64,000 nt of DNA from a candidate division FCPU426 bacterium. GTDB taxonomy: Bacteria > Oederibacteriota > Muellerivitia > Muellerivitales > Muellerivitaceae. The first letter of the stretch is position 1, and each line of letters opens with the position of its first letter. The notes beneath the pieces are model-generated. The model was not told where the DNA came from. It did no database searches and worked only from the letters and a program-made list of their open reading frames with translations. The stretch spans positions 256,001 to 320,000 of the forward strand of contig CAVYSE010000028.1 in NCBI GenBank assembly GCA_963771075.1. The letters run 5' to 3'. Below, piece by piece: positions 1 through 8,986 of the stretch. The translations under genes were made by a program, and so were the position numbers.

Positions 1-1075
1 CGGCCTGGACGAACCAAAGGGTGGAGTCCGCCGAGTTGTAATCGGGCTGTTCCCCCCGGTCGGGGAAATGGTTGGGCAGCATTCCCTGGTCGTCGATCAT
101 CCGGGACCATTCGAGGAGGATTTCCCGGCTGTCGTCCAGCCGTCCCGTCGCGATCCCGAGTCCCCGAAGGGTGATGAAGGTGTCCCTGCCCCAATCCGTG
201 AGCCAGGGGTATCCCGCCATCAGGGTTTTCCCCCTACCCCTTTTCACGAAGTAGGCGTCCGCGCTTCGGTGCAGGAGAGAGGGGAACGACTTGCGTCTTT
301 TTTCCTCGGCGCGTCTTAACGTGTCGTAAAGTTCCTCGACATGAGGCTGGTCTTTTTCGGAGGCGGGATGGAAACCGTCGGCCGAGAAAATGAGCACCGC
401 TCGGGTCTTCGTGATGGTCCATTGGAAGAGACCCGGGGAAGCCAAATCCTCGATATGGTCCTGACCCCTTTCCCTCTCCTTCTCGTAGAGGAACTGGTAA
501 TACCAATCGGGTTTGTGGTGGTAATGCCCGTTGTGCAGGGCGGAAACGACCGGCGTCGTGGAGTAAGGTTGCCATTGCACCAGCTTATCGAACACCTGGG
601 CCTCGAAACGGAAGTCGAGATTCTGGTGGTGCAGGGCGTGGTAATCGCAACCGGCCAGGAGGGGGCGAAGGGAAAGGCGTACCGAGCCCGATTCGGAAAG
701 AAGCTTGAAGGAAAGCACGCTCATGGGATGGCCGTGCGGAACGAAAAATTCGTATTCCAATAAAAGACCGTTGGTAAGCCGGTAGACCCAGCGGGGCCAG
801 GGATTGGACTCGAAGGAAACCAGGGCGTCGGTTTTTTCGGGAACCTGCACGTTGGGGAAATAGGTTTGGGGATTCAGGAAATTAAAGTCGTTGCCCGTTT
901 CCACCCAGGCGTCGATACCCTTGACCAATGCCATGCGACCGGTGGGGGGCGTAAGGGCGTTCAAAAGCAGGGCGTGGTATCGACGGGTCCGCAAACCCAA
1001 GGCAGTGCCTGAGGCGAACCCTCCCAGGCCGTCCGTTTCCAGCCATTCCCATTCCCGGTACGAGGCGTCCATCAT
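1..1075 (-). CDS. Amylo-alpha-1,6-glucosidase / glycogen debranching enzyme (3' end runs off the window)
   Basis: Absent from the ORF track. Manual translation from ATG 1075 gives MMDASYREWEWLETDGLGGFASGTALGLRTRRYHALLL, and the same frame contains AGYPWLTDWGRDTFITLRGL (~150-220). Both are family motifs. Confidence 0.9.
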   Translation of the reverse strand, partial: MMDASYREWEWLETDGLGGFASGTALGLRTRRYHALLLNALTPPTGRMALVKGIDAWVETGNDFNFLNPQTYFPNVQVPEKTDALVSFESNPWPRWVYRLTNGLLLEYEFFVPHGHPMSVLSFKLLSESGSVRLSLRPLLAGCDYHALHHQNLDFRFEAQVFDKLVQWQPYSTTPVVSALHNGHYHHKPDWYYQFLYEKERERGQDHIEDLASPGLFQWTITKTRAVLIFSADGFHPASEKDQPHVEELYDTLRRAEEKRRKSFPSLLHRSADAYFVKRGRGKTLMAGYPWLTDWGRDTFITLRGLGIATGRLDDSREILLEWSRMIDDQGMLPNHFPDRGEQPDYNSADSTLWFVQA

Positions 1076-1313
1076 GATCGATCCTTGGCGTTGATGCCGG
1101 TTTTAACCTGTTTCCCTTACTACTTTAACTCCAAATGGAGGTTAAGCCCAAATTTATTGGCATTACGGACAGGAAGTGTGCGGAATGGGAGTAACCCCAA
1201 GGTGACTTAAAAGGTTTTAAGCCAATGTTTTTTTGAAGCCAAGGTTCTTAATATAGTTTCGTCGGGAAATGCCGTTATTTAATTAACTGAAAACGCCCAT
1301 GGAGGAGATGAAC

Positions 1314-1556
1314 ATGCCTGAACCGAATATCGCCGCTAAACAGCCCGCGAAGGTGGAATTGGAAGCGGGAAAAACCTATGCCTGGTGTGCCTGTGGCCAT
1401 TCAAAGAATCAACCCTTTTGCGACGGATCCCACAAAACCGCTCCGGGTTTCGCCCCCCTGGTCTTCAAGGCCGAGGAGAAGAAAACCGCCTTCTTGTGCC
1501 AGTGCAAACACACGAAGAACCCGCCCTACTGCGACGGCACGCACAAGAGCCTTTAA
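1314..1556 (+). CDS. CDGSH iron-sulfur domain protein (two CDGSH motifs)
   Basis: CACGHSKNQPFCDGSH and CQCKHTKNPPYCDGTH; GGAGGAG RBS before ATG 1314 (ORF track starts at 1299). Confidence 0.92.
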   Translation: MPEPNIAAKQPAKVELEAGKTYAWCACGHSKNQPFCDGSHKTAPGFAPLVFKAEEKKTAFLCQCKHTKNPPYCDGTHKSL

Positions 1557-1578
1557 CAAGAACGAGTTGTTATCGTTA

Positions 1579-1881
1579 CTACTGATGCCTTTTTTTCCAA
1601 TATCCGGGTTTACGGGACAAGTGCATGACGGCAACAACGATGATTTTCTTTTCCTGGATTTTATAAATTAACCCGAATGAAAAAGGCCTGACGAGACAAC
1701 GATATGTTTTAGAAGGTACGCGCTGAAGAACTGCCTAGGCTTGAGGATTCAAGAGGACGCGGTGGAAGCCTTTCTCAATCGCGGATAAGAACTGGAACCC
1801 CAGCCGGGGAACTTGGGATTCGTAGTTGAGAAAGGATGATTCCATTTCTTCCAGCGCGTCGGGAAGTATTTCCAGGTTCAT
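1579..1881 (-). pseudogene. ParE/RelE-family toxin with an in-frame TAG at codon 49
   Basis: Manual translation MNLEILPDALEEMESSFLNYESQVPRLGFQFLSAIEKGFHRVLLNPQA*AVLQ...IIVVAVMHLSRKPGYWKKRHQ. ATGA overlap with the antitoxin stop. TAG at 1735-1737. Confidence 0.8.
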
Positions 1882-2213
1882 TTTTTGTGTTTTTTCCTGA
1901 TTTTCGCTAGCGCATCAAATGCTGGAACTGCCCTGGTTTTTCCCGCCAAATAATCCCCATAACACCGCTCCGCCTCGTCCACCCATGCCTTCAGCATTTC
2001 CGGGTTTTCGGCCGTGTAAACTGCTGAAGGTTCCGAGGCGAAGCCCGTGCGCGTGGATTCGGCGATCCGGTCCTCGAAATTATCCTCGTTCAAATCGGTC
2101 AAGAGCGCGACCGGCTTACCCTTGCTCGTGAGGACAATTCTCTTTTCCTTGCGGAGCTGTTCCAGCACCTTTCCATAGCGGGTGCGTATTTCACGGACCT
2201 GGAGAAATTTCAT
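1878..2213 (-). CDS. Type II antitoxin: Phd/YefM-like N-terminus plus addiction-module-component-like C-terminus
   Basis: N-terminus VREIRTRYGKVLEQL...IVLTSKGKPVALL; C-terminus AWVDEAERCYGDYLAGKTRAVPAFDAL; translationally coupled to the toxin. Confidence 0.8.
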   Translation of the reverse strand: MKFLQVREIRTRYGKVLEQLRKEKRIVLTSKGKPVALLTDLNEDNFEDRIAESTRTGFASEPSAVYTAENPEMLKAWVDEAERCYGDYLAGKTRAVPAFDALAKIRKKHKK

Positions 2214-2825
2214 TGTTTATCCTTGTAACCATTTTGTAGCGTTATTGATTCCATTATGGTAACAAACCAAAAGAAGGGCATCAACGAAACGGGGAGAACC
2301 GAATTTCGCCACGCCGGGGGACTGGGGGATTCAAGGTGGTGACGCCGATCCATCTGTTTACGGCTGCACGGGCGTTCTTGAAACCACATGCGAGGTTGAA
2401 TTGTTGGAAAGGTCCTCTGGCTCCTCATGGGCGTACTGTTTTCTTTTTTCCAGGGCTTAATCCTGCCCAAGTTCCAATTTGTCCTCGATCCCGTCGGGGG
2501 TGGGGTGTAGGGTGAAGGATTGGCTCACGAATAATCCTTCTCTTTGAAAGTCAGGGTGGGAGTGGCCGTAGTTTCGGAGGCTGCCCAGGATGCGGGCAGG
2601 CAAAAAGCCGCGAAGAACCCTAAATAAATCCGATTCATTTCATACCCCTAACCCGGGTTTACCAAATTACTTTTTCCGGCTCGTTCCCGAGCGAAAATAG
2701 CTGCCCGGCCACCATTTACCCCTTAAGAGAACCTCTATTAATTCACCACCAAGGCACAAAGACACCAAGAAAACCTTATTTTATTGATGTCGACAAAACC
2801 AAAAAGTCAATTTTTAGAGGTGCCC

Positions 2826-3866
2826 TTAAGAAGGATTTTGGACTCTGTTGATCATTTTCATGACTTCTTCAGAAGAGTTAACAGGGAAAATCTCGACGTT
2901 GGGATGTTCGTTCTTATAAACCCTAAAAATTTCATCTGAAAACGCGGGGCCGATGCTCTTAACCCCCTCAAAATCAAGCATGACCGTCTTGAAGTTCTCG
3001 ACCCGCGCCATGAGGCGTTTGGCTTGGGAACGGGACAATAGATCTTCCCCCTCATATTGGGCTAGCCTCACGGGGACGACCGTTTTATCGAACGAATAGT
3101 TACCATCGTTGCTTGAAAACTTATCAAACACCTCTTTAAGTGTATTTTTTGAATCCAATTTCATTTCCATGTAAACAACCGTTCCCTCTGCCTGTCTTTT
3201 TTGATGAAACAAGAAATCATTTTCTTTCTCGACCAAATGAGAAAAAAACAATTTGTGCGATTCAATGCCGAATAGATCGAACGCCCGAGAGGAAAAAAAG
3301 ATCCCTTCGCCGGTATGTTTTTGGGGATCGGTGGTCAGTTTCCCCTTTGAAAGCTCAAGGATGGATTGCCTTTCATCGGAAAGACGGTACGCTTCCTTGA
3401 TTTTCCGGAAGATGCCGATCCCGTCATCCTGGACCCAAATTAATAACGCTCTGGATGTCCTTCTAAATCCTGCTTCTAAAACTTTGCCCTCGGAATGGTC
3501 CAAAACGTTATTCACCATCTCCGTGAAACCGTATTCGAAGATATGGGTGATGTTATCCGGGACATCTTTAAAGAGACCTCTGAAGTCATCCAGCCATATT
3601 TTGGATTCATCCCTCGATACCCCTAAGTCATATTCCTTTACGAAATTCCGTGGGGTTCCAAGGGCATAAGACCGGTCTTTGGTGGTCCCTTGGGCCGTCA
3701 ACTGCCCCGATTGGACCATTTGGGTTAAGTATCTCGTGGCCGCTTGCCTGGAGATTTTGAATTTATCGACGATTATGGAAGTAATGCCGGTGGAGTTCTT
3801 TTCGATGCTCTCAAGAATGAACCTGCGGATTCTTTCACCCCTGAGGAGAATGTCGATTCTTTTCAT
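2826..3866 (-). CDS. wHTH + HATPase-like + STAS-like DUF4325 domain protein
   Basis: HTH-like ISRQAATRYL; EMVNNVLDHS, DDGIGIF and HTGEGIFF motifs; C-terminal SRSQAKRL...LDFEGVKSIGPAFSDEIFRVY. Confidence 0.85.
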   Translation of the reverse strand: MKRIDILLRGERIRRFILESIEKNSTGITSIIVDKFKISRQAATRYLTQMVQSGQLTAQGTTKDRSYALGTPRNFVKEYDLGVSRDESKIWLDDFRGLFKDVPDNITHIFEYGFTEMVNNVLDHSEGKVLEAGFRRTSRALLIWVQDDGIGIFRKIKEAYRLSDERQSILELSKGKLTTDPQKHTGEGIFFSSRAFDLFGIESHKLFFSHLVEKENDFLFHQKRQAEGTVVYMEMKLDSKNTLKEVFDKFSSNDGNYSFDKTVVPVRLAQYEGEDLLSRSQAKRLMARVENFKTVMLDFEGVKSIGPAFSDEIFRVYKNEHPNVEIFPVNSSEEVMKMINRVQNPS

Positions 3867-3882
3867 GAATTCATCCGCTTGT

Positions 3883-3932
3883 TTGTAAACATACTTCGGA
3901 TGATTGTAAACTAATGGAATCTCATTGTAAAC
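3883..3932. promoter_or_regulatory. Three TTGTAAAC direct repeats at 21-bp period upstream of the DUF4325 gene
   Basis: Copies at 3883-3890, 3904-3911 and 3925-3932. Confidence 0.6.
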
Positions 3933-3991
3933 ATTGGTGAATTGTGGCTTTTTAGCCCATATCCCGAATAAACCATGGCATTACCGCCAAG

Positions 3992-6900
3992 CTAATTCTT
4001 CTCTTCAAACCTCACCCATTCGGGCAGGCGATTGAAGATGGCCCTTACTCTTTTCTGTGTTTCTTCCACTCTCTCCAACATCTTTTCAGCGGCTTCCTTC
4101 TCCCTCCCCAGGCCCGCGCGCCAGGCCAGACGCTTCAAGCGATCCGGGTCCGTGGGCAGTTCGTCATCCCCCGTTTCCCGCACCATGCGGTGCCGGGCCT
4201 CCAAGAGCCTGTAAAACCGGTAGGCATCCAGCATTTCATCCAAAACATCGGACGGAACCATTCCCTCTTCCTTGAATAATCCCAAGGCGGTCGGAACATG
4301 GGGTATGCGCAGGATGTTCTTATCCTTTCCATGGGAAACCTGGAGAATCTGGACGAAAAATTCGATATCCACGATCCCGCCCGGGGAAACCTTGAGTTCC
4401 AACCCCTGGGCTTTCTTGGCTTTCTCTTCCATCTGCTGGCGGATATCCAGTATCTCGTCGAATTCAATCCGGGTCAGGCCCCGGCCATAGACAAACCCAT
4501 CGATGATTTCTTTTACTTCCGTGGCGGTCTGGCGGTCTCCCGCCAGGTAGACCGCCCTCGTGTAAGCCAACCGCTCCGCGCTTTGGGCGAAGGTTTGGAA
4601 ATACTGCCGGTAAGCCGCCACGGAATGAATCATCTGGGCCTCCCGGCCCATGGGACGAAGCCTCGCGTCCACCTTGTAGGCCCTCCCGTGGGCGGTGGGG
4701 GAAGCCATCACCTGGGTGAAGAGTTCTGAAAGTTTCAGGTAGGTCTCGAAACCGACCTCCTTGGCTTCCTGATCCCCATAAACGAAAAGCAGGTCCAGAT
4801 CCGAGCCATAGTTCATTTCCCTTCCGCCCAGCTTTCCCATACCCAAGAGGCAGAAACCCTTGGGAGCGCAGGGTTGGGTTTCCACACAGGGTATTCCCAG
4901 TTTTTGGGAAGCGATCCCCAACCCCGAGCGGGAAAGGGCCGTGGCCAACCGGGAAAGCTCGGCGAAACAATCCATGAGCTCGCGCCTTCCCATTAAATCC
5001 TGCAGGCCCACCCGCAAGACTTCACCATCCTTCACTTCCCTCAAGAGGTTAAGCCGGTCTTCCCAATCGTTCGTAACGGCGATTCGGTCTTCCAATACGT
5101 CGAGAAAATCCTGCACCGATTGGGGGGTTCGTTCCCCCAAGGCCCGGATCACGATGTCAAAATTGCCGGGGTGGGTGACCAGAATCTCGGAAAGGAACAA
5201 GCTGTTCGAGAAAAGTTCCAGCATCCATTTCAAGAGGGCCGGGTTTTCGTCCAGGTAGCGCAGGTAAACATCCGGCAGGGAGCTTGCCCGCAGGAAACTT
5301 TCCATCTGGTTCAAGGCGCGGTCCGCGTAGGGCGTCTTGGAAAGTGCTTTCAAGAGACCTGGCCCCGCCTGGGTCCAAAGATTTTCCCCCTTGGCGCCCG
5401 CCGATTTCCTCAGGCGGGCCACCAGGGCCATTAAGTTGGTAGCGGCTTGGGCGGGGTCGAGGAAGATGCCCCCCTGAAGTTCCCGCTCCAGGGCTTCCGG
5501 GTCGGCCCCTAAAGCCGCCTCGATCACCTTGGCCGTCGCGTCCCGGCGGACGCGAATCTTGAAAACTTCCTGGTACAGGCCATGGACCTGTTGTGTCACT
5601 TCACGGTATGCCGCCAGGAATGGCTTGGAGGCGGAAAAACCATTCTCCGGTTTGAAACCTAGCGACCGGGCCAACCGTTCCATATCCACCCCCTTGGAAG
5701 GCAAGGTGTGGGTTTGGAGGCCCTCGACCATTTGCAGGCGGTGCTCCAACTGCCGCAGGAAACAATAGGACTCTTCCAAGGCTTGGGCGTCCGTCTTCAG
5801 CAAATATCCGCCTTTCGCCAAGGCTTCCAGGCCTTCCAGGCTGTTGGCGCTCCGCACCTCGGGATGAAGGCCGCCGTGGAGAAGCTGGAGAAACTGGACG
5901 ATGAATTCGATCTCACGGATACCGCCCTTCCCCAGTTTTACATGCGTTTTTTCCCGTCCTTTGGATTCCATCTTCTTCTTGATGAGGCCCATGATTTCAC
6001 GGATCTCTTTTAGGTAAATCGCGTCGAGGTTTTTACGGAAGATCAGGGGTTCCACCCCCTTGAGGAATTTTTTGCCTAAATCCAAATATCCCGCCACCGG
6101 CCTGGCTTTCAGGAGCGCCTGCAGTTCCCAGGGCTGCCCCCGGTTTTCGTAATGCTCCAGGTAAGCGTCCAAGGCCTTCGCCATGTCCCCCAAACCCTCG
6201 GGCCGAAGACGCATATCCACCTTATAGAGGGCGCCCAAGGCGGCTTGGGCGGGGAGAGCGGCGATGACCCATTCGGCCAGTTCGTTGAAATATTGCCGGA
6301 CCTCGGTTTCCTGGTCCCCCGGGGCGGGTTCATAAACAAAAAGAAGGTCCACGTCCGAGTGGTAGTTCAATTCCCTTCCGCCCAGCTTGCCCATGCCTAA
6401 AACCACACATTGGCCCCGGGGCGGGAAAGGATAACGGGGGACCAACGCTTCTTTTCCCAGGTCCAAGACCTTTTGAAGGATCAGATCGGCGGTATCGGAA
6501 AGTTCCAGGGTCAGTTCCCTTACGTTCGACAGGCCCAAGATGTCCCTCGCCCCCAGGCGCAGCATTCGCCGCCTTTTCACCCGGCGAAGGGCTTCCAATT
6601 TCCCCTCCCCATCCAAAGCCGCTTCCATTTCCAACCGGAAGATCTCCTCCAACTTCCCCGGAACGAATTTGGAATAGAGGCCTTCCTCAACGAAAAGCCA
6701 ATAAAACAGATTCGGGTCATGGCAGAGAATGGAAGCCAGGTATGGACTAAAACCTAGTATTTGGGCGAGCCCGTGGCGGGCGGGGGGAGTATGCGAAAGG
6801 TATTCGTACAGCTGGGACCGGTGAAAGGCCTTCCCGGCGAAGTTGGAAAACTGGGAGAGCGCCAGGTCGGGATCGGGGGAATGGGCAATCTCATGAAGCA

Positions 6901-7072
6901 TCAAGGGCAATAGGGGTTCCCAAGCCTCACGGTCGAACAGGGGCTGGGCGAGACTTGCCAATTCTTTCCAAGCCCTCAAGGTGTTTTTATAGCCGAATTC
7001 TTTAAGGGCCAGCAATTCATGATGAGAGGGAGGTTCCGGGCTTAGGTAAGAAGTGAGGGAGGCCGGATTCAT
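3992..7072 (-). CDS. glnE: Bifunctional glutamine synthetase adenylyltransferase/adenylyl-removing enzyme
   Basis: 1026 aa with two nucleotidyltransferase halves (GMGKLGGRELNYHSDVDL and GMGKLGGREMNYGSDLDL), plus VDMRLRPEG and KLGKGGIREIEF. Confidence 0.95.
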   Translation of the reverse strand: MNPASLTSYLSPEPPSHHELLALKEFGYKNTLRAWKELASLAQPLFDREAWEPLLPLMLHEIAHSPDPDLALSQFSNFAGKAFHRSQLYEYLSHTPPARHGLAQILGFSPYLASILCHDPNLFYWLFVEEGLYSKFVPGKLEEIFRLEMEAALDGEGKLEALRRVKRRRMLRLGARDILGLSNVRELTLELSDTADLILQKVLDLGKEALVPRYPFPPRGQCVVLGMGKLGGRELNYHSDVDLLFVYEPAPGDQETEVRQYFNELAEWVIAALPAQAALGALYKVDMRLRPEGLGDMAKALDAYLEHYENRGQPWELQALLKARPVAGYLDLGKKFLKGVEPLIFRKNLDAIYLKEIREIMGLIKKKMESKGREKTHVKLGKGGIREIEFIVQFLQLLHGGLHPEVRSANSLEGLEALAKGGYLLKTDAQALEESYCFLRQLEHRLQMVEGLQTHTLPSKGVDMERLARSLGFKPENGFSASKPFLAAYREVTQQVHGLYQEVFKIRVRRDATAKVIEAALGADPEALERELQGGIFLDPAQAATNLMALVARLRKSAGAKGENLWTQAGPGLLKALSKTPYADRALNQMESFLRASSLPDVYLRYLDENPALLKWMLELFSNSLFLSEILVTHPGNFDIVIRALGERTPQSVQDFLDVLEDRIAVTNDWEDRLNLLREVKDGEVLRVGLQDLMGRRELMDCFAELSRLATALSRSGLGIASQKLGIPCVETQPCAPKGFCLLGMGKLGGREMNYGSDLDLLFVYGDQEAKEVGFETYLKLSELFTQVMASPTAHGRAYKVDARLRPMGREAQMIHSVAAYRQYFQTFAQSAERLAYTRAVYLAGDRQTATEVKEIIDGFVYGRGLTRIEFDEILDIRQQMEEKAKKAQGLELKVSPGGIVDIEFFVQILQVSHGKDKNILRIPHVPTALGLFKEEGMVPSDVLDEMLDAYRFYRLLEARHRMVRETGDDELPTDPDRLKRLAWRAGLGREKEAAEKMLERVEETQKRVRAIFNRLPEWVRFEEKN

Positions 7073-7077
7073 GACGC

Positions 7078-7419
7078 CTATCGCAGGGCCTGGTCGCCCT
7101 TTTCATTCGTTCGGATCCGCATGGCATCCAAAACCTGGGAAACGAATACCTTGCCATCACCGATCTTGCCCGTCTTGGCCGAGCGGGAAATGGCTTCCAA
7201 GATGGCGTCCTTCTTATCGTCGGTACAGACGATCTCCAGTTTCAACTTGGGCAAGAACTCGATGGGTACCGAAGCGCCCTCGAAAATTTCCTCATGTCCC
7301 TTTTGCTTGCCGAACCCGCGCACTTCCAGAACCGTCATTCCGGTCACCCCCGCCTTGACCAGGGCCTCCTTCACCGTATCCAACTTGTGGGGTTTAATGA
7401 CGGCTTCGATCTTGAGCAT
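7078..7419 (-). CDS. glnB: Nitrogen regulatory protein P-II (GlnB/GlnK family) with an atypical T-loop
   Basis: IEAVIKPHKL, GFGKQKG, FLPKLKLEIV, TGKIGDGKVFV and RIRT motifs; immediately upstream of glnE. Confidence 0.9.
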   Translation of the reverse strand: MLKIEAVIKPHKLDTVKEALVKAGVTGMTVLEVRGFGKQKGHEEIFEGASVPIEFLPKLKLEIVCTDDKKDAILEAISRSAKTGKIGDGKVFVSQVLDAMRIRTNEKGDQALR

Positions 7420-7572
7420 GGGCAATTCCCCTTTCTTGTAACGCGGTCCTTATTATCGGCTCACGGGGTCCAAAATGATGCTTGTTCAGGTCTAATTTTT
7501 AGTGCATTCCTAAAAAGTGACTTCTCGGCTTGCGGGCATCAAAAAGCAAGCTTTTCCGGGTGCCTGGGTGGT

Positions 7573-8022
7573 TCATCCTTTGAAAACCCCTATCGTCTTT
7601 TCCCATTTTTCAACTCCACCCGGGACAACCCTGAATAAGGGATGGGGTTTAATCACTTGGTTTTTCTTCATTCCTTTGAACCTTAGCGGGTCCCTGCGTT
7701 TAAGTTTTTCGCGCAAGTGCTCCCATTCGAATGTCATTTGCCCTTTGTTGACAAAAATTGGCTTAAATTTATTTCGGTTGTTTTTTAGCTTCGTTCGGTC
7801 GAATGAATAACCCCTGCGGTTGGCTTCCTCCCAAACCTCCAATAAATATTGATGGATCGTAGCTTCAGGAGACGGTTGGGCTTTAAACCGATCCAGTTGA
7901 GGGTGATTCCGGTAGCCTTTGGTTTTACCCTTTAAAACTTTTTGCGCTAGTAGGCCTTCCCTCCAGAGGGCGACCAGGCCCTTTGTGTCGAGGTAACTTG
8001 GATGAATGGACCAAAGCCGCAT
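7573..8022 (-). CDS. Pyrimidine-dimer DNA glycosylase / endonuclease V-like protein
   Basis: MRLWSIHPSYLDTKGLVALWREGLLAQKVL...GYRNHPQLDRF family signature. Confidence 0.85.
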   Translation of the reverse strand: MRLWSIHPSYLDTKGLVALWREGLLAQKVLKGKTKGYRNHPQLDRFKAQPSPEATIHQYLLEVWEEANRRGYSFDRTKLKNNRNKFKPIFVNKGQMTFEWEHLREKLKRRDPLRFKGMKKNQVIKPHPLFRVVPGGVEKWEKTIGVFKG

Positions 8023-8162
8023 AAGAGAAATCCCTTTGGGATTACGAGAAAATGAAATGGCTACCCGGATTAAACGATTTGCGAATCAGCTTCTCTATTT
8101 TAAGTCATTAATCCCAAGTTAAGTTCCCGATGAAATGTTCCAGGATAAACCCATGTGGAAGC

Positions 8163-8192
8163 TTGACGAATTGTCTCTTGTAAGAGACAATT
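8163..8192 (+). promoter_or_regulatory. Putative promoter with a perfect 11-bp inverted-repeat operator for the TA operon
   Basis: TTGACG 8163-8168, 17 bp, GACAAT 8186-8191; AATTGTCTCTT-GT-AAGAGACAATT at 8169-8192. Confidence 0.65.
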
Positions 8193-8197
8193 ACTTT

Positions 8198-8548
8198 ATG
8201 GAATCTAGGCCCCGCATCGTCCTTTATTACCAGACCGTTGAGGGGATTAAGCCCATTCTCGTTTGTCTGAATTCCTTGAAGGACGCCAAAGGGAAGGTGG
8301 CTGTTTTCGAGCGGTTAAAACGCGCTCAACGTGGAACTCTTGGCCACTGTGATGATCTTGGCGAGGGGGTTTGGGGATTCAAAATAGACGTTGGGCCGGG
8401 TTACCGGGTTTATTTCGGGCAAGATGGACAGGTGTTGATTATCCTCTTGTGCGGCGGGGAAAAGCATCGGCAAGACCGGGATGCCAAAATGGCAAGGGCC
8501 TACTGGCAGGACTATAAAGCCAGGAAGCAGAAGGGCAGGGAAAAATGA
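8198..8548 (+). CDS. Type II toxin, RelE/HigB-like (addiction module killer type)
   Basis: LGEGVWGFKIDVGPGYRVYFGQDGQVLIILLCGGEKHRQDRD; toxin-first order. ATG 8198 preferred over 8135. Confidence 0.85.
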   Translation: MESRPRIVLYYQTVEGIKPILVCLNSLKDAKGKVAVFERLKRAQRGTLGHCDDLGEGVWGFKIDVGPGYRVYFGQDGQVLIILLCGGEKHRQDRDAKMARAYWQDYKARKQKGREK

Positions 8549-8898
8549 AAAAGCAAAAATATCCTCCCGTTGGGGGAACGCTTGATGATTTGATCATCGA
8601 CCAACTAAAGGCCGATGAGGATTTCCGCTATGAGTACCTCAAGAGCGTCCTAAAGGAAAAGGACGTTCCTCTTTTGGCGCTCAAGCTAAAACCCCTCGTG
8701 GACGTTTTGGGCGGTATTGGAAAACTCGCGAAAAAGACCGGTTTGGGCCGGCAGAATCTTTATAAGGTTTTATCGGGGAAAGTCCGCCCTGAATTTTCCA
8801 CGATCTCAAAAATCATCAACTTTGCGGGTTATGATTTATCCCTTGAAAAAAAGCCGGCAGGGAAAAAACATGGCCGGCCTTTGGCAGTTGCTAGTTAA
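8545..8898 (+). CDS. Cognate HTH antitoxin (addiction module antidote type)
   Basis: GGIGKLAKKTGLGRQNLYKVLSGKVRPEFSTISKI; ATGA overlap with the toxin. Confidence 0.85.
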   Translation: MKKQKYPPVGGTLDDLIIDQLKADEDFRYEYLKSVLKEKDVPLLALKLKPLVDVLGGIGKLAKKTGLGRQNLYKVLSGKVRPEFSTISKIINFAGYDLSLEKKPAGKKHGRPLAVAS

Positions 8899-8986
8899 TT
8901 ACCAGGCACCATTACCCATTTTCTTAGCCCAACCGGGCTCCCCAGGTTGGACTCGAACTTCATCAATTATGAAGCGGTTATATGTT

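Noticed and set aside
1735..1737. Amber recoding or pyrrolysine in the toxin gene
   Set aside because: It is a single case, TAG ends other genes in the window normally, and no pyl genes are visible.
2250..2640. Exported protein gene beginning MNRIYLGFFAAFCLPASWA (minus strand)
   Set aside because: An early stop and no coherent frame afterwards; at best a decayed gene I cannot assign.
2726..2826. IS-derived MITE with ends AGAGAACCTCTA / TAGAGGTGCCCT (similar end near 55320)
   Set aside because: The match is short and imperfect with no clear target duplication.
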